A stretch of 64,000 nucleotides of DNA from a virus, in IMG/VR virus record IMGVR_UViG_3300042346_000188, positions 17,116 through 81,115 of that record, one strand, 5' to 3'. Both the position numbers and the translations under genes were made by a program. Positions 30,666 through 38,713 of this stretch are shown here, piece by piece. Each line of letters starts with the position of its first letter. Within the stretch, counting starts at the first letter, position 1. Below the pieces are notes generated by a model, which was not told where the DNA came from, did not search any database, and saw nothing but the letters and a program-made list of their open reading frames with translations.

Positions 30666-33600
30666 TGTAAATGTAGACTTAGGCAGAACTACAACAGCAA
30701 CAACAAGCTTAAATGAACCTGTAGTTAGAGATTTATTATTAGCAGACCCTTATCCTGCTCCTGTAAATTTATATCCAGACCTTTCACCTGAAAACAATAC
30801 GCCACCAGTTTTATCTGTTAATACTATTACCCAAAATAGTTGTATCTTTACGTGGACAGGTGGTGAAACTTATGGTACATATCAGCTACGAGGTAGATGG
30901 AAAGATAAAGATGGCTATTGGGTAAATATTGCAGCTGGGAATACTTTAACAAAAGGGGCTGTATTTAATTTCGGTTATTCGGGTGATCTTCGTAATACAA
31001 TGTACGGATATTATGAAGTGTTTATTGTAATTAGATTTAATGGAATTGATTATCTGCCTTCTAACACAGTTAATGTACAGCTCTTAGATTGGTCGTTTGA
31101 GGATGGCTTTTATCCAGCTACGCCATATGGTGTAGGCAGCACCGCAGATGCAAACTACCCAAATCATAGTGTAACTTATCGATATGATATAAGATGGTTT
31201 AGACTTGCTCTTAGGCTAAAAGGAGTTGCTGATTCTGAATTAGGAGGTAGTGCACCGGCCACATATACTAACTTCAGCATGTCAATACATAGAAATGTAA
31301 CAATCTATGATAGTAACAATTATAATGGTAATGTAGTAATGACTGTGCTTGCCGGTAATAATAATTATCTATGGGAAGCACCTAAGTTAATTATAGGCAT
31401 TGATGTAGGTAGTGATCATGACTTTACATTTGTATATTCAGGCATAGCTAATGTAGATCCTTCTGACTACGTATTAGGTCATTACGAAACAGATACAACT
31501 TATCAGCCTGGTGATGTTGTTTGTATGTATAGTAATTTAGTAATGTGTATTAAAACATGCACTAATATTGAACCTTTTAATCATGCAAGTTGGTCTTATT
31601 ATTGGGACTATCCCCCTACAAATCCTGGAAGAGCTATTGCCTTTTGGAATACTCACTATGCTAGAAATAGTACTTTCATAAATAATGGTACTATTCTAGG
31701 CGGTGGTGGCGGTGGAGGACGGGGTGGTGAGACAACTATTACAGAATTATACTATAACCCTTCAGCTTTTATAAACCAAAAGTATTTAAAGGGAGATGCC
31801 GTAACGCACTCAGGTAATATATTTGTTTGTGTTACAGACACAGTGTCTGCTTACTTTAATGGTACTTTCACATGGTCAACACCCGTTAGGAGTTCTCACA
31901 CAACATACTGGCGTTTCTATGCCCTTAGCACCGAAAAGTTTTCAACAGGCTCAGATGGCCTTCAAGGTGGACCTGCTCTATACCAAGGTAGCGGAATATC
32001 AGGTGGCGTAAAGCTTATGAATAACGGTACAATCTTTGGTGGTGGTAATGGTGGTGGTGGCGGTGGTGGCGGTACAGTTCCTATGTCTTACGCAGTTGTT
32101 TATGGGTTTAATGGTGAAGGTACATTTAGTAGTACGCCTGTAAGTCCTGCAGGTGGCGACGGTGGTCATGGTTCTTTCTATAACAGAGCTGAAGTAAACC
32201 CTTCTGTTGATTTCAAATACAAAGGTGGTATGGGTGGTAAAGGCTCCATAAATGGATTGACAGCAGGTGAGAATGCTACTGGTGCAAATCATGATTACAG
32301 CGGAGACGGTCTGGGGGGTGGCTATATTGCAAACAATTGGACAGAAGGCAGCTTCAATGTACTGCCTGGCGGTAAGCCGCTACCCCCTGTTTTAAGTATA
32401 GCAGCTGTTAGCCAAAATTCTATTACATTAGGAATAGCTAAGCAAGATCCTATTGGAGGCAATACACCGACAGGTTACTATATTTATGATAGTGCTAATG
32501 TGCAGCAAGGAAGTACTACAAACGATACATTTACAATAGCAGGACTGACATCAGATACGTCTTATAGTTATTACGTTACAGCGTATAATACTCTTGTATC
32601 AGCAAGCTCTAGCACTATAATTGGGAAGACAGCTTTAATATTGCCTACATTTACCTTTGGTGTTGATAATAAGACTTACAACTCATTTACAGTTATTATT
32701 AGTAAAGTTACCTCTGCTATTTATTATGAAATTTATTTTAATGGCGTATTAAGAACTACAATAAATGATTCTGGGAACAGTACTACTGTTTACGCAACTG
32801 GGCCTACAATGGGGATCTCTTCAACAACTTATGTAACAGTTAAGGCCTATAGTGGTACTAACTCTTCAGTGCTAACTCCTCCGCAAGCATGGACAACTAC
32901 TTATGCTGCTGTTCCCGCAGTGCCTACTTCGTTTACATATGCAGAAACTAATAATACTAATGCATTGTTATCATGGTCTGGCAGTGGCGTCTCGTACAAG
33001 ATAGCTGTTAAAAATCAGTCTAATAATGCTGTTACAAACTATACATCTAGTATAATGAATATTACAGCTACTGGTCTAGATTATGGCACTCTTTATGAGA
33101 TAAGTATTGTTGCTGTTAATGAGATAGGTGACTCTATTGCTTATGTAATACCAAATGTAATGCTAGTTGACGTATACCTACCGACACTAACCTTGTCATC
33201 AGTCACTACGAAAACCTTTAATGTATCTTTTGGTGGGCCAATGACAGGCCACACCCATACCCTTATGCTACAGTCAATGGAATACTCTGGCGGCTGGGAA
33301 ACAGAAATTATAGGTGCATACGCTAGTGGCAGTGCTTTCACACCTCCTAATAGATCTCGTGGTAAGTATAGACTAAGGATACAAGTTGCTAATTCTGGTG
33401 GAAAGGTCATGGCAACGCCTTATTTAGATGTACAGCTTTCAGATTGGGTTATTAGTTCATCTACGACTACCAATACACCTCAGAATATGTCCAATGGTTG
33501 GTATTTTAACGATGCATGGATACGAAATAATACTACTGCATTAGCCGCCTCAAACCCAGAATCTACTTGCTTGCGTAGTGTAACTATAAATAGCTCTGGA

Positions 33601-34281
33601 AGCTACACAACTACAGTTAGTAGCGGTACAGCCAAGCCTTTAAAAATAGATATTAATTCCTCTATTGAGAGCAACACAACACTAACTTTTAATAATAGCG
33701 GTACCATTCAAGGCGAAACTCTTTCAACAGCAAGAGTATTTAATAAACCTGAAAATGCTTTTGATATTTATTGCGCTTGTAAGCTTGTAATAAACAATAA
33801 TGGCACAATAAGAGGTAGAGGTGGCAGTGGTGGCAGAGGTGGTTCTTCAATTAATCGTGGCGATTATGATGGCGAAGCTGGCGGTCCAGGCGGAGATGCT
33901 ATTTATGCTTCTACAAATTTAACTCTTAATAATTATGGGACGCTTGCTTGTGGCGGTGGAGGAGGCGGTGGAGGTGGAGGTAATGGTTCTGGTGCCAGTA
34001 CTTGGAGTAGCTCTACATATGCCAGAAGCACTACATATCCTACTCCGTCAGGCTCTGATGTAGGTACTAATGGCACTTCAGGCAAGGCAAGCGGTGGCGG
34101 TGGTGGAGCAGGTGGTACTGGCGCAAACGGAGCTGCGGGCACTGGTGTGTACGGTACTTACTCTCGTCAAGGTGATAATAGCGGTATATATGCGTCAGGC
34201 GGTGCTGGAGGTGCCAAGGGTTCTGCACTTACGGGTGGAGGTAGCGTAACACTTAACAACTACGGGACATATTACCCATGA
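30646..34281 (+). CDS. receptor-binding adhesin with two glycine-rich (gp38-like) modules and FnIII-like domains
   Basis: Follows the S74 fibre; N-terminal SISDVNVDLGR..SLNE..VR-x-L cap; NNGTI-x-GGGG motifs at about 31680-32350 and 33690-34280; FnIII-like GLTSDTSYSYYVTAYN. Confidence 0.7.
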   Translation: MPYSISDVNVDLGRTTTATTSLNEPVVRDLLLADPYPAPVNLYPDLSPENNTPPVLSVNTITQNSCIFTWTGGETYGTYQLRGRWKDKDGYWVNIAAGNTLTKGAVFNFGYSGDLRNTMYGYYEVFIVIRFNGIDYLPSNTVNVQLLDWSFEDGFYPATPYGVGSTADANYPNHSVTYRYDIRWFRLALRLKGVADSELGGSAPATYTNFSMSIHRNVTIYDSNNYNGNVVMTVLAGNNNYLWEAPKLIIGIDVGSDHDFTFVYSGIANVDPSDYVLGHYETDTTYQPGDVVCMYSNLVMCIKTCTNIEPFNHASWSYYWDYPPTNPGRAIAFWNTHYARNSTFINNGTILGGGGGGGRGGETTITELYYNPSAFINQKYLKGDAVTHSGNIFVCVTDTVSAYFNGTFTWSTPVRSSHTTYWRFYALSTEKFSTGSDGLQGGPALYQGSGISGGVKLMNNGTIFGGGNGGGGGGGGTVPMSYAVVYGFNGEGTFSSTPVSPAGGDGGHGSFYNRAEVNPSVDFKYKGGMGGKGSINGLTAGENATGANHDYSGDGLGGGYIANNWTEGSFNVLPGGKPLPPVLSIAAVSQNSITLGIAKQDPIGGNTPTGYYIYDSANVQQGSTTNDTFTIAGLTSDTSYSYYVTAYNTLVSASSSTIIGKTALILPTFTFGVDNKTYNSFTVIISKVTSAIYYEIYFNGVLRTTINDSGNSTTVYATGPTMGISSTTYVTVKAYSGTNSSVLTPPQAWTTTYAAVPAVPTSFTYAETNNTNALLSWSGSGVSYKIAVKNQSNNAVTNYTSSIMNITATGLDYGTLYEISIVAVNEIGDSIAYVIPNVMLVDVYLPTLTLSSVTTKTFNVSFGGPMTGHTHTLMLQSMEYSGGWETEIIGAYASGSAFTPPNRSRGKYRLRIQVANSGGKVMATPYLDVQLSDWVISSSTTTNTPQNMSNGWYFNDAWIRNNTTALAASNPESTCLRSVTINSSGSYTTTVSSGTAKPLKIDINSSIESNTTLTFNNSGTIQGETLSTARVFNKPENAFDIYCACKLVINNNGTIRGRGGSGGRGGSSINRGDYDGEAGGPGGDAIYASTNLTLNNYGTLACGGGGGGGGGGNGSGASTWSSSTYARSTTYPTPSGSDVGTNGTSGKASGGGGGAGGTGANGAAGTGVYGTYSRQGDNSGIYASGGAGGAKGSALTGGGSVTLNNYGTYYP

Positions 34282-34721
34282 TAGTACGTAAGATAAAAAG
34301 CCAAGAAGAAATGGACAAATGCGTAGATATGTATATTAACATCTACGAAAATGAAATTATCCCATTAGATCGCGACAAGTCATTATTATCTATGAGACGT
34401 CACGTTGCTGCAAGGCAATTCTTTAGAGTTGTTGAAGATGATGGAGAAGTAATAGCATGGATTGCTGGAGCAGTTTTAGAGAGAGAGTTTATTGCAGAGA
34501 AATACATGCAACAAATATATTACTGCTCTAATCAAAAGGGTATGAAGTCTTACCGTTGTGTAGTATTGTTACATCAAGCTTTAGTAGAAGAAGCTAAGGC
34601 GTTAGGTATTAAATATGTACTTTCTACAGGCAGTCATGCCGATACTGAGAATGTGTTTGTAAGGATTCTTGGTAAGAATGGTTGGAATGTAAGAGGGTAC
34701 CTAGCAATTTTTCATTTATAA
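34278..34721 (+). CDS. GNAT-fold (acetyltransferase-like) protein
   Basis: Size and pattern FRVVEDDGEVIAWIAG...LVEEAKALGIKYV...LGKNGW. Confidence 0.5.
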   Translation: MIVRKIKSQEEMDKCVDMYINIYENEIIPLDRDKSLLSMRRHVAARQFFRVVEDDGEVIAWIAGAVLEREFIAEKYMQQIYYCSNQKGMKSYRCVVLLHQALVEEAKALGIKYVLSTGSHADTENVFVRILGKNGWNVRGYLAIFHL

Positions 34722-34730
34722 GGATTAAGC

Positions 34731-35396
34731 ATGGCCAAAAGAGTTAGGAAGGAACAGCCTACAGATGTTATTGATGCAGTCAAACCAATAACACTCTTGA
34801 CTAAAGCACAGAAACAGTATTTCAATTCAATGAAAACGAATACTATTACTTTTGGGATTGGCGTTGCGGGGACGGGAAAGTCTTACGTTGCAATCTCCTA
34901 TGCTGCACAATTGTTACAAGAGAAGAAGATAAACAAGATTATCTTAACAAGGCCAGCTGTTGAGGCTGGAGAATCGTTTGGATTTCTTCCTGGAGAGTTA
35001 GATGAAAAGTATGCGCCTTATATTGATCCTGTAAAAGATATACTTAATAAAAGATTAGGTACATCTTTCACTGATTACTTGTTTAAACGAAAGATTATTG
35101 AAGCGCGGCCACTAGCATTTATTAGGGGAAGTACTTTTGAAGAAGCTTTTGTAATACTAGATGAGGCTCAAAACTGTACACCTACTCAGATGAAAATGTT
35201 TCTAACTAGAATTGGCGAAGATGCAAAAGTTGTTATAGATGGGGATATCCAACAAAAGGATATCAAAGGCACATCAGGATTGTCTGATGCAATTGTAAGA
35301 TTGCAAGGGATGAACGATGTGGGTATTGTTACATTTGACATTGAAGATGTTGTCCGTAGCGGCATCTGTAAAGAAATTATTAGGAGGTATGCATGA
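34731..35396 (+). CDS. phoH: PhoH-family ATPase
   Basis: GVAGTGKS, RPAVEAGE, GFLPG, RGSTF, ILDEAQN, LTRIGE, GDIQQ, DVVRS motifs. Confidence 0.95.
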   Translation: MAKRVRKEQPTDVIDAVKPITLLTKAQKQYFNSMKTNTITFGIGVAGTGKSYVAISYAAQLLQEKKINKIILTRPAVEAGESFGFLPGELDEKYAPYIDPVKDILNKRLGTSFTDYLFKRKIIEARPLAFIRGSTFEEAFVILDEAQNCTPTQMKMFLTRIGEDAKVVIDGDIQQKDIKGTSGLSDAIVRLQGMNDVGIVTFDIEDVVRSGICKEIIRRYA

Positions 35397-35575
35397 AGTA
35401 TATATGGGCAAGGCTTAAAGAGCCTTCAACATGGTTTGGACTGATTTCAGCTACATTAGCTGTATTAAGTTCGTTTAAATTTATTACATTAACAGCAGAA
35501 GAAATGGATAGTCTGCTTGCGTTGTCAGTTGCTCTTTTGGGCAGTGGTAGCGTAGTATCCAAAGATCCACAATAG
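35393..35575 (+). CDS. holin-like two-TM membrane protein
   Basis: RLKEPSTW-x-GL start and two hydrophobic segments; last gene of the late operon. Confidence 0.6.
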   Translation: MKYIWARLKEPSTWFGLISATLAVLSSFKFITLTAEEMDSLLALSVALLGSGSVVSKDPQ

Positions 35576-35581
35576 CGGTAC

Positions 35582-35609
35582 GCCTCGACACAATTGTCGG
35601 GGCTTTTTT
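35582..35609 (+). terminator. intrinsic terminator ending the late/structural operon
   Basis: GCCTCGACA-CAAT-TGTCGGGGC followed by TTTTTT. Confidence 0.8.
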
Positions 35610-35619
35610 ACGAGAGTCA

Positions 35620-35812
35620 TGGGGGCAATTTTGCGGGGCAAGACGGGGCATTTCTGCACGAATTTTGGTGGGCGGCAAATCTGGGCCTGTGTGGCGCGGG
35701 GCGGTGGGGGCATCACTGGTGGATCAGGGTGGCAGTTGCGTGCCGTGTAGGGCAGTTTCTGGTGCCAGAACGGGTACACGTGGGGCAGTTGCGTGCAGTT
35801 CTTCAGGTACAC
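35620..35812. repeat. non-coding G-rich island with phased GGCA-like words
   Basis: Abrupt GC/G enrichment in an AT-rich genome; GGCA/TGCC/GGTA/TGCA at 35709, 35731, 35741, 35751, 35763, 35773, 35784, 35794, 35806. Confidence 0.7.
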
Positions 35813-35815
35813 TCA

Positions 35816-35834
35816 ACCCCGTTAAATTAACCCT
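35816..35834 (+). promoter_or_regulatory. 19-bp box ACCCCGTTAAATTAACCCT, copy 1 (putative phage RNAP promoter)
   Basis: Perfect repeat found in 5 intergenic copies, all in the same orientation. Confidence 0.7.
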
Positions 35835-35880
35835 TGCGGCCTCCCCCTGTATTATCTCTCTTAGTAATACGGAAATAATA

Positions 35881-35902
35881 GTATCTTATATGAAGTACAA
35901 TA
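35881..35902 (+). promoter_or_regulatory. early 22-bp box GTATCTTATATGAAGTACAATA, copy 1
   Basis: Identical in 3 intergenic copies; contains -10-like TATCTT/TACAAT; GGAAA about 10 nt upstream. Confidence 0.75.
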
Positions 35903-35925
35903 ATAACCTTATATAGGATAACATT

Positions 35926-36756
35926 ATGTTTATTACAAGAAAAATGGTATTAAAAGATTTTGCAGTTAATCGTAAGAAAGCTACAAAGAAATATGGCAAG
36001 CATGAGTTGCCTCAAATTGACTATTCAAGTGATGCTCTGTCTTACAACATAAAAACTGTTTTGGCAACTTATCTTCAAGCCGGTAGTATGGCCTATGCAC
36101 AGTTGAAACTCCACTCCGAAGCTGCAATTTCTTTGTGGGAACCTACTAAAAGGATATTTAAGATAGATCCTACAGTGTCTGCTGAATTGTGTAATTCAGC
36201 TGTTAGCGCTAGGGTGCCTGTAGATATTATAAGACTTCCTGATTGGTCTATAAGAGTTGATTGCCCTGAGATGCAACTAATGGCCTGTAAGTTGCGAGTA
36301 CATGCCAATGGTGATATAGAAGATATGTTAGTAATAGTCATTGATGAAGAAAAAGAGCAAGTTGCAAAGGCTCTACGCCTAAATGAACCCTGGTGCGCTG
36401 ATGAAGACACTGAAGAGGCTAAAGCTTACATTGGAAAGGCACTTTCTCTTTTATTATATTTGAGCACAGTGCATAATAGCGTTCCAAGATCTGCTTATAA
36501 AAAGTATACGGCTCTTAGTAAGAAAAATCAAACCAAACCTTTTATCTATCCTGAAAAAGCTTCTATAGTAAAGATAGGAGAAGAGCTTGGAAAAATGCTT
36601 CAAACAGCTTATACAAAGCAAGCAGGCTACAGTATGAAAGCGCACATAAGAAGAGCGCATTGGCATAACTATTGGACAGGTCCGAAAGATAATAGGAAGC
36701 TAATATGTAAGTGGACAAACTCCACAGGTGTTAATATGAATTTAGCCGATGTATAA
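35926..36756 (+). CDS. AcrVA2/FinQ-like early protein
   Basis: HIRRAHWHNYWTGP...KW C-terminal motif and LPDWSIRVD resemble the AcrVA2/FinQ family (recalled consensus PHIRRGHWH); first early gene. Confidence 0.6.
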   Translation: MFITRKMVLKDFAVNRKKATKKYGKHELPQIDYSSDALSYNIKTVLATYLQAGSMAYAQLKLHSEAAISLWEPTKRIFKIDPTVSAELCNSAVSARVPVDIIRLPDWSIRVDCPEMQLMACKLRVHANGDIEDMLVIVIDEEKEQVAKALRLNEPWCADEDTEEAKAYIGKALSLLLYLSTVHNSVPRSAYKKYTALSKKNQTKPFIYPEKASIVKIGEELGKMLQTAYTKQAGYSMKAHIRRAHWHNYWTGPKDNRKLICKWTNSTGVNMNLADV

Positions 36757-36769
36757 CGCGGGAAATACG

Positions 36770-36791
36770 GTATCTTATATGAAGTACAATA
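36770..36791 (+). promoter_or_regulatory. early 22-bp box, copy 2
   Basis: Exact repeat of 35881..35902. Confidence 0.75.
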
Positions 36792-36808
36792 CTAACTTGG
36801 AGATTAAA

Positions 36809-37018
36809 ATGAAATACGAAGTGTTTATATTTGAACGTAATGCCGACAGTTATCATGATAGAGCAAATTTATTAAAAGCTTATAGAAGTTTTGAAGAATA
36901 TGAGGATAAGATGGTGTTTGTTGTTGATACCGAAACAGGTGCCTTTGAGGTTATCTGTAATAAAGAGCAACTAAGTCTAGCAGCTGCAAAATTATTGTAT
37001 ATGGGGGAATTAAGATGA
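36809..37018 (+). CDS. hypothetical early protein
   Basis: GGAG RBS before ATG 36809; the ORF-track start at 36749 runs through the promoter box. Confidence 0.65.
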   Translation: MKYEVFIFERNADSYHDRANLLKAYRSFEEYEDKMVFVVDTETGAFEVICNKEQLSLAAAKLLYMGELR

Positions 37019-37314
37019 GCACAGTAATGTTTATGATTGACGCGGTTTTAGATATACGCGTTAGAACCCATTCAGTATTTGAATATGTACTATTCGAAGC
37101 TGAGTGTTACGATGAGTGTATTACTCTCCTAGACAGCGCTGATGCACGTCTTAGAGTTGGTAATAATTACTCATATTCTTGGAACCATACCCATTGGGAT
37201 GGACAAAGATTAGAGTCATTTATTACACTTTTAGATTTACTTGATGATGATAAGTACAAATTAAACGTCCTTACAGAGGGCCATCTTTTTCAACAAGGGG
37301 TATTAGTATTATGA
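37015..37314 (+). CDS. hypothetical early protein
   Basis: ATGA overlap with the previous gene; GGGGA RBS. Confidence 0.65.
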   Translation: MSTVMFMIDAVLDIRVRTHSVFEYVLFEAECYDECITLLDSADARLRVGNNYSYSWNHTHWDGQRLESFITLLDLLDDDKYKLNVLTEGHLFQQGVLVL

Positions 37315-37469
37315 GTGAATGGTATAGCTTTATCGAAGCAATGTTACTGGTTGGTTTTTATTTTGTTTATGTAGCTTACAATGTATTTGCAGAAGACTGC
37401 AAAGATAGACGTAAGTATTGCAAGGTACGTCGTTGGGCACGGCATGCTCTGCAAAAGGACTACAAATAA
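37311..37469 (+). CDS. small membrane protein (52 aa)
   Basis: Not in the ORF track; ATGA overlap; one hydrophobic segment then a basic tail. Confidence 0.55.
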   Translation: MSEWYSFIEAMLLVGFYFVYVAYNVFAEDCKDRRKYCKVRRWARHALQKDYK

Positions 37470-37483
37470 ACGCGGAAAACGGG

Positions 37484-37505
37484 GTATCTTATATGAAGTA
37501 CAATA
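37484..37505 (+). promoter_or_regulatory. early 22-bp box, copy 3
   Basis: Exact repeat of 35881..35902. Confidence 0.75.
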
Positions 37506-37543
37506 AGGTACCTCAATTCAATTAATCCAAGAGGAGAAAAATT

Positions 37544-37774
37544 ATGTTTAGTTTACTTGATTCACAATGTGCTTGTGTAGGTAGCAGTTATGATATATTC
37601 ACGGAAGAATATTTTGAAGCACTATACCATATCGAGTATGGCGACGGAAAAGAGTCTCACGCCTTCTTGGATCATCATTTGAAGGGTAAACAAAAATCTG
37701 AACCAGCGTCTGAGTTCAAAGACGTAAAAACAATACAGATTCCATTTGAGGAGGAGTTTGAAGGCTATTGGTAA
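37544..37774 (+). CDS. hypothetical acidic early protein
   Basis: GAGGAG RBS; 76 aa. Confidence 0.7.
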   Translation: MFSLLDSQCACVGSSYDIFTEEYFEALYHIEYGDGKESHAFLDHHLKGKQKSEPASEFKDVKTIQIPFEEEFEGYW

Positions 37775-37781
37775 CAGCCGC

Positions 37782-37811
37782 ATAGACCTGAGTAGGTCTA
37801 TAAAGTGCTTA
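37782..37811 (+). ncRNA. putative H-type pseudoknot element, copy 1
   Basis: Stem ATAGAC/GTCTAT, loop CTGAGTAG pairing with downstream TGCTTA; same layout at 42168. Confidence 0.5.
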
Positions 37812-37863
37812 TGTGTATAAGGATGTGTATCCTATACTGATGAGACTATAAAGTCGAAACAAC
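37812..37863 (+). ncRNA. type III hammerhead ribozyme 1
   Basis: GUA site (37815-17), stem I AGGAT-gtgt-ATCCT, CTGATGA (37837-43), stem II GACT-ataa-AGTC, GAAAC (37856-60); stem III short. Confidence 0.75.
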
Positions 37864-37881
37864 TCCAAGAGGAAATTTACA

Positions 37882-38166
37882 ATGAAAAACAAATTAGATA
37901 AACTAGCTTTAATTGGTGTCCTAAACACTTTCTGGGTGTTTGAACGCAACGGGATGGGCGGTGTACCCTCCTTTGATTTCACTAATAAAAAAGCTGGAGT
38001 TAATGTCTGGCACATCGAGGGCGACAAAGTAGGCATAATGTTACTTGAAACAAAGGAGGTATTTGAAACTAACCTAGAATGGGATGAGATTTCCGAATCC
38101 TATGGGCTTGGAGATTGGGATATTCCAAGATTAAATTCTCTAATTAACTTAACTGAAGGTGATTAA
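37882..38166 (+). CDS. hypothetical early protein
   Basis: GAGG RBS directly downstream of hammerhead 1. Confidence 0.7.
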   Translation: MKNKLDKLALIGVLNTFWVFERNGMGGVPSFDFTNKKAGVNVWHIEGDKVGIMLLETKEVFETNLEWDEISESYGLGDWDIPRLNSLINLTEGD

Positions 38167-38167
38167 A

Positions 38168-38353
38168 ATGGAAGGTACAATTTTTGAAATTGGTGGTTAT
38201 GAGTTTTACATAGCTTGGAATGAAAAGATGACAATCTACAAAGTATGGTATGATCGCGGCCATTACCTTGATAGACGCGCTCCAAGGTTTGAATGCACTT
38301 CTTATGAGGAATCTGTGGCATTCTGTAAACTCAAATACGCTTACTGTGGGTAA
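38168..38353 (+). CDS. hypothetical early protein
   Basis: ORF track 38159..38353; AAGGTGA RBS favours ATG 38168. Confidence 0.6.
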   Translation: MEGTIFEIGGYEFYIAWNEKMTIYKVWYDRGHYLDRRAPRFECTSYEESVAFCKLKYAYCG

Positions 38354-38407
38354 GTGTCTCGGGATGTGTATCCCAACTGACGAGTCTAAAAAGACGAAAC
38401 ACACTTA
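38351..38407 (+). ncRNA. type III hammerhead ribozyme 2
   Basis: GUC site (38356-58), stem I GGGAT-gtgt-ATCCC, CTGACGA (38377-83), stem II GTCT-aaaa-AGAC, GAAAC (38396-400), stem III GTGT/ACAC. Confidence 0.8.
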
Positions 38408-38418
38408 GGAGTTATATT

Positions 38419-38595
38419 ATGTTTACTATTGAAATCAATGATGTAGAAATTGAAATGAAAGAAACAGGAATGGGTATTTGGGAAGGTTCTAAAGAATTTT
38501 ATCAAGTAGTATTTGATGAATTTCTTCAAGAATTGTTTGTAGCAGCAATGCTAGGCAATCGTATTGTTAAGTGTGAGAGTCAATTCTTATGCTAA
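38419..38595 (+). CDS. hypothetical acidic early protein (58 aa)
   Basis: Not in the ORF track; AGGAG RBS directly after hammerhead 2; MFTIEINDVEIEMKETG... Confidence 0.65.
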   Translation: MFTIEINDVEIEMKETGMGIWEGSKEFYQVVFDEFLQELFVAAMLGNRIVKCESQFLC

Positions 38596-38705
38596 AACAT
38601 ACAGTTTATGGTATTGGAAATACCGTAATGTCTTCAATAGATATGAGTGCAGATGTAATTACAATTGGGCTAGCATTAGCTCTACTTTTAATGTTTACAA
38701 AATAG
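38589..38705 (+). CDS. possible small hydrophobic protein (38 aa)
   Basis: Fills the gap between neighbours; C-terminal hydrophobic stretch; no clear RBS. Confidence 0.35.
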   Translation: MLKHTVYGIGNTVMSSIDMSADVITIGLALALLLMFTK

Positions 38706-38713
38706 GTGATATT

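Noticed and set aside
17485-34281. Diversity-generating retroelement or invertible tail-fibre switch
   Set aside because: No reverse transcriptase or recombinase and no adenine-specific template/variable repeat pair seen
35825-35834. Calling the 19-bp box a T3 promoter
   Set aside because: Only AATTAACCCT matches; the CACTAAAGGG half is absent
35484-35916. ORFs 35484, 35525, 35594 and 35665 across the G-rich island
   Set aside because: Open frames arise from local stop-codon scarcity; they cross a terminator and promoter boxes and have atypical codon usage
35881-37505. 22-bp repeats as a CRISPR array
   Set aside because: Separated by about 700-900 bp containing whole genes; no cas genes
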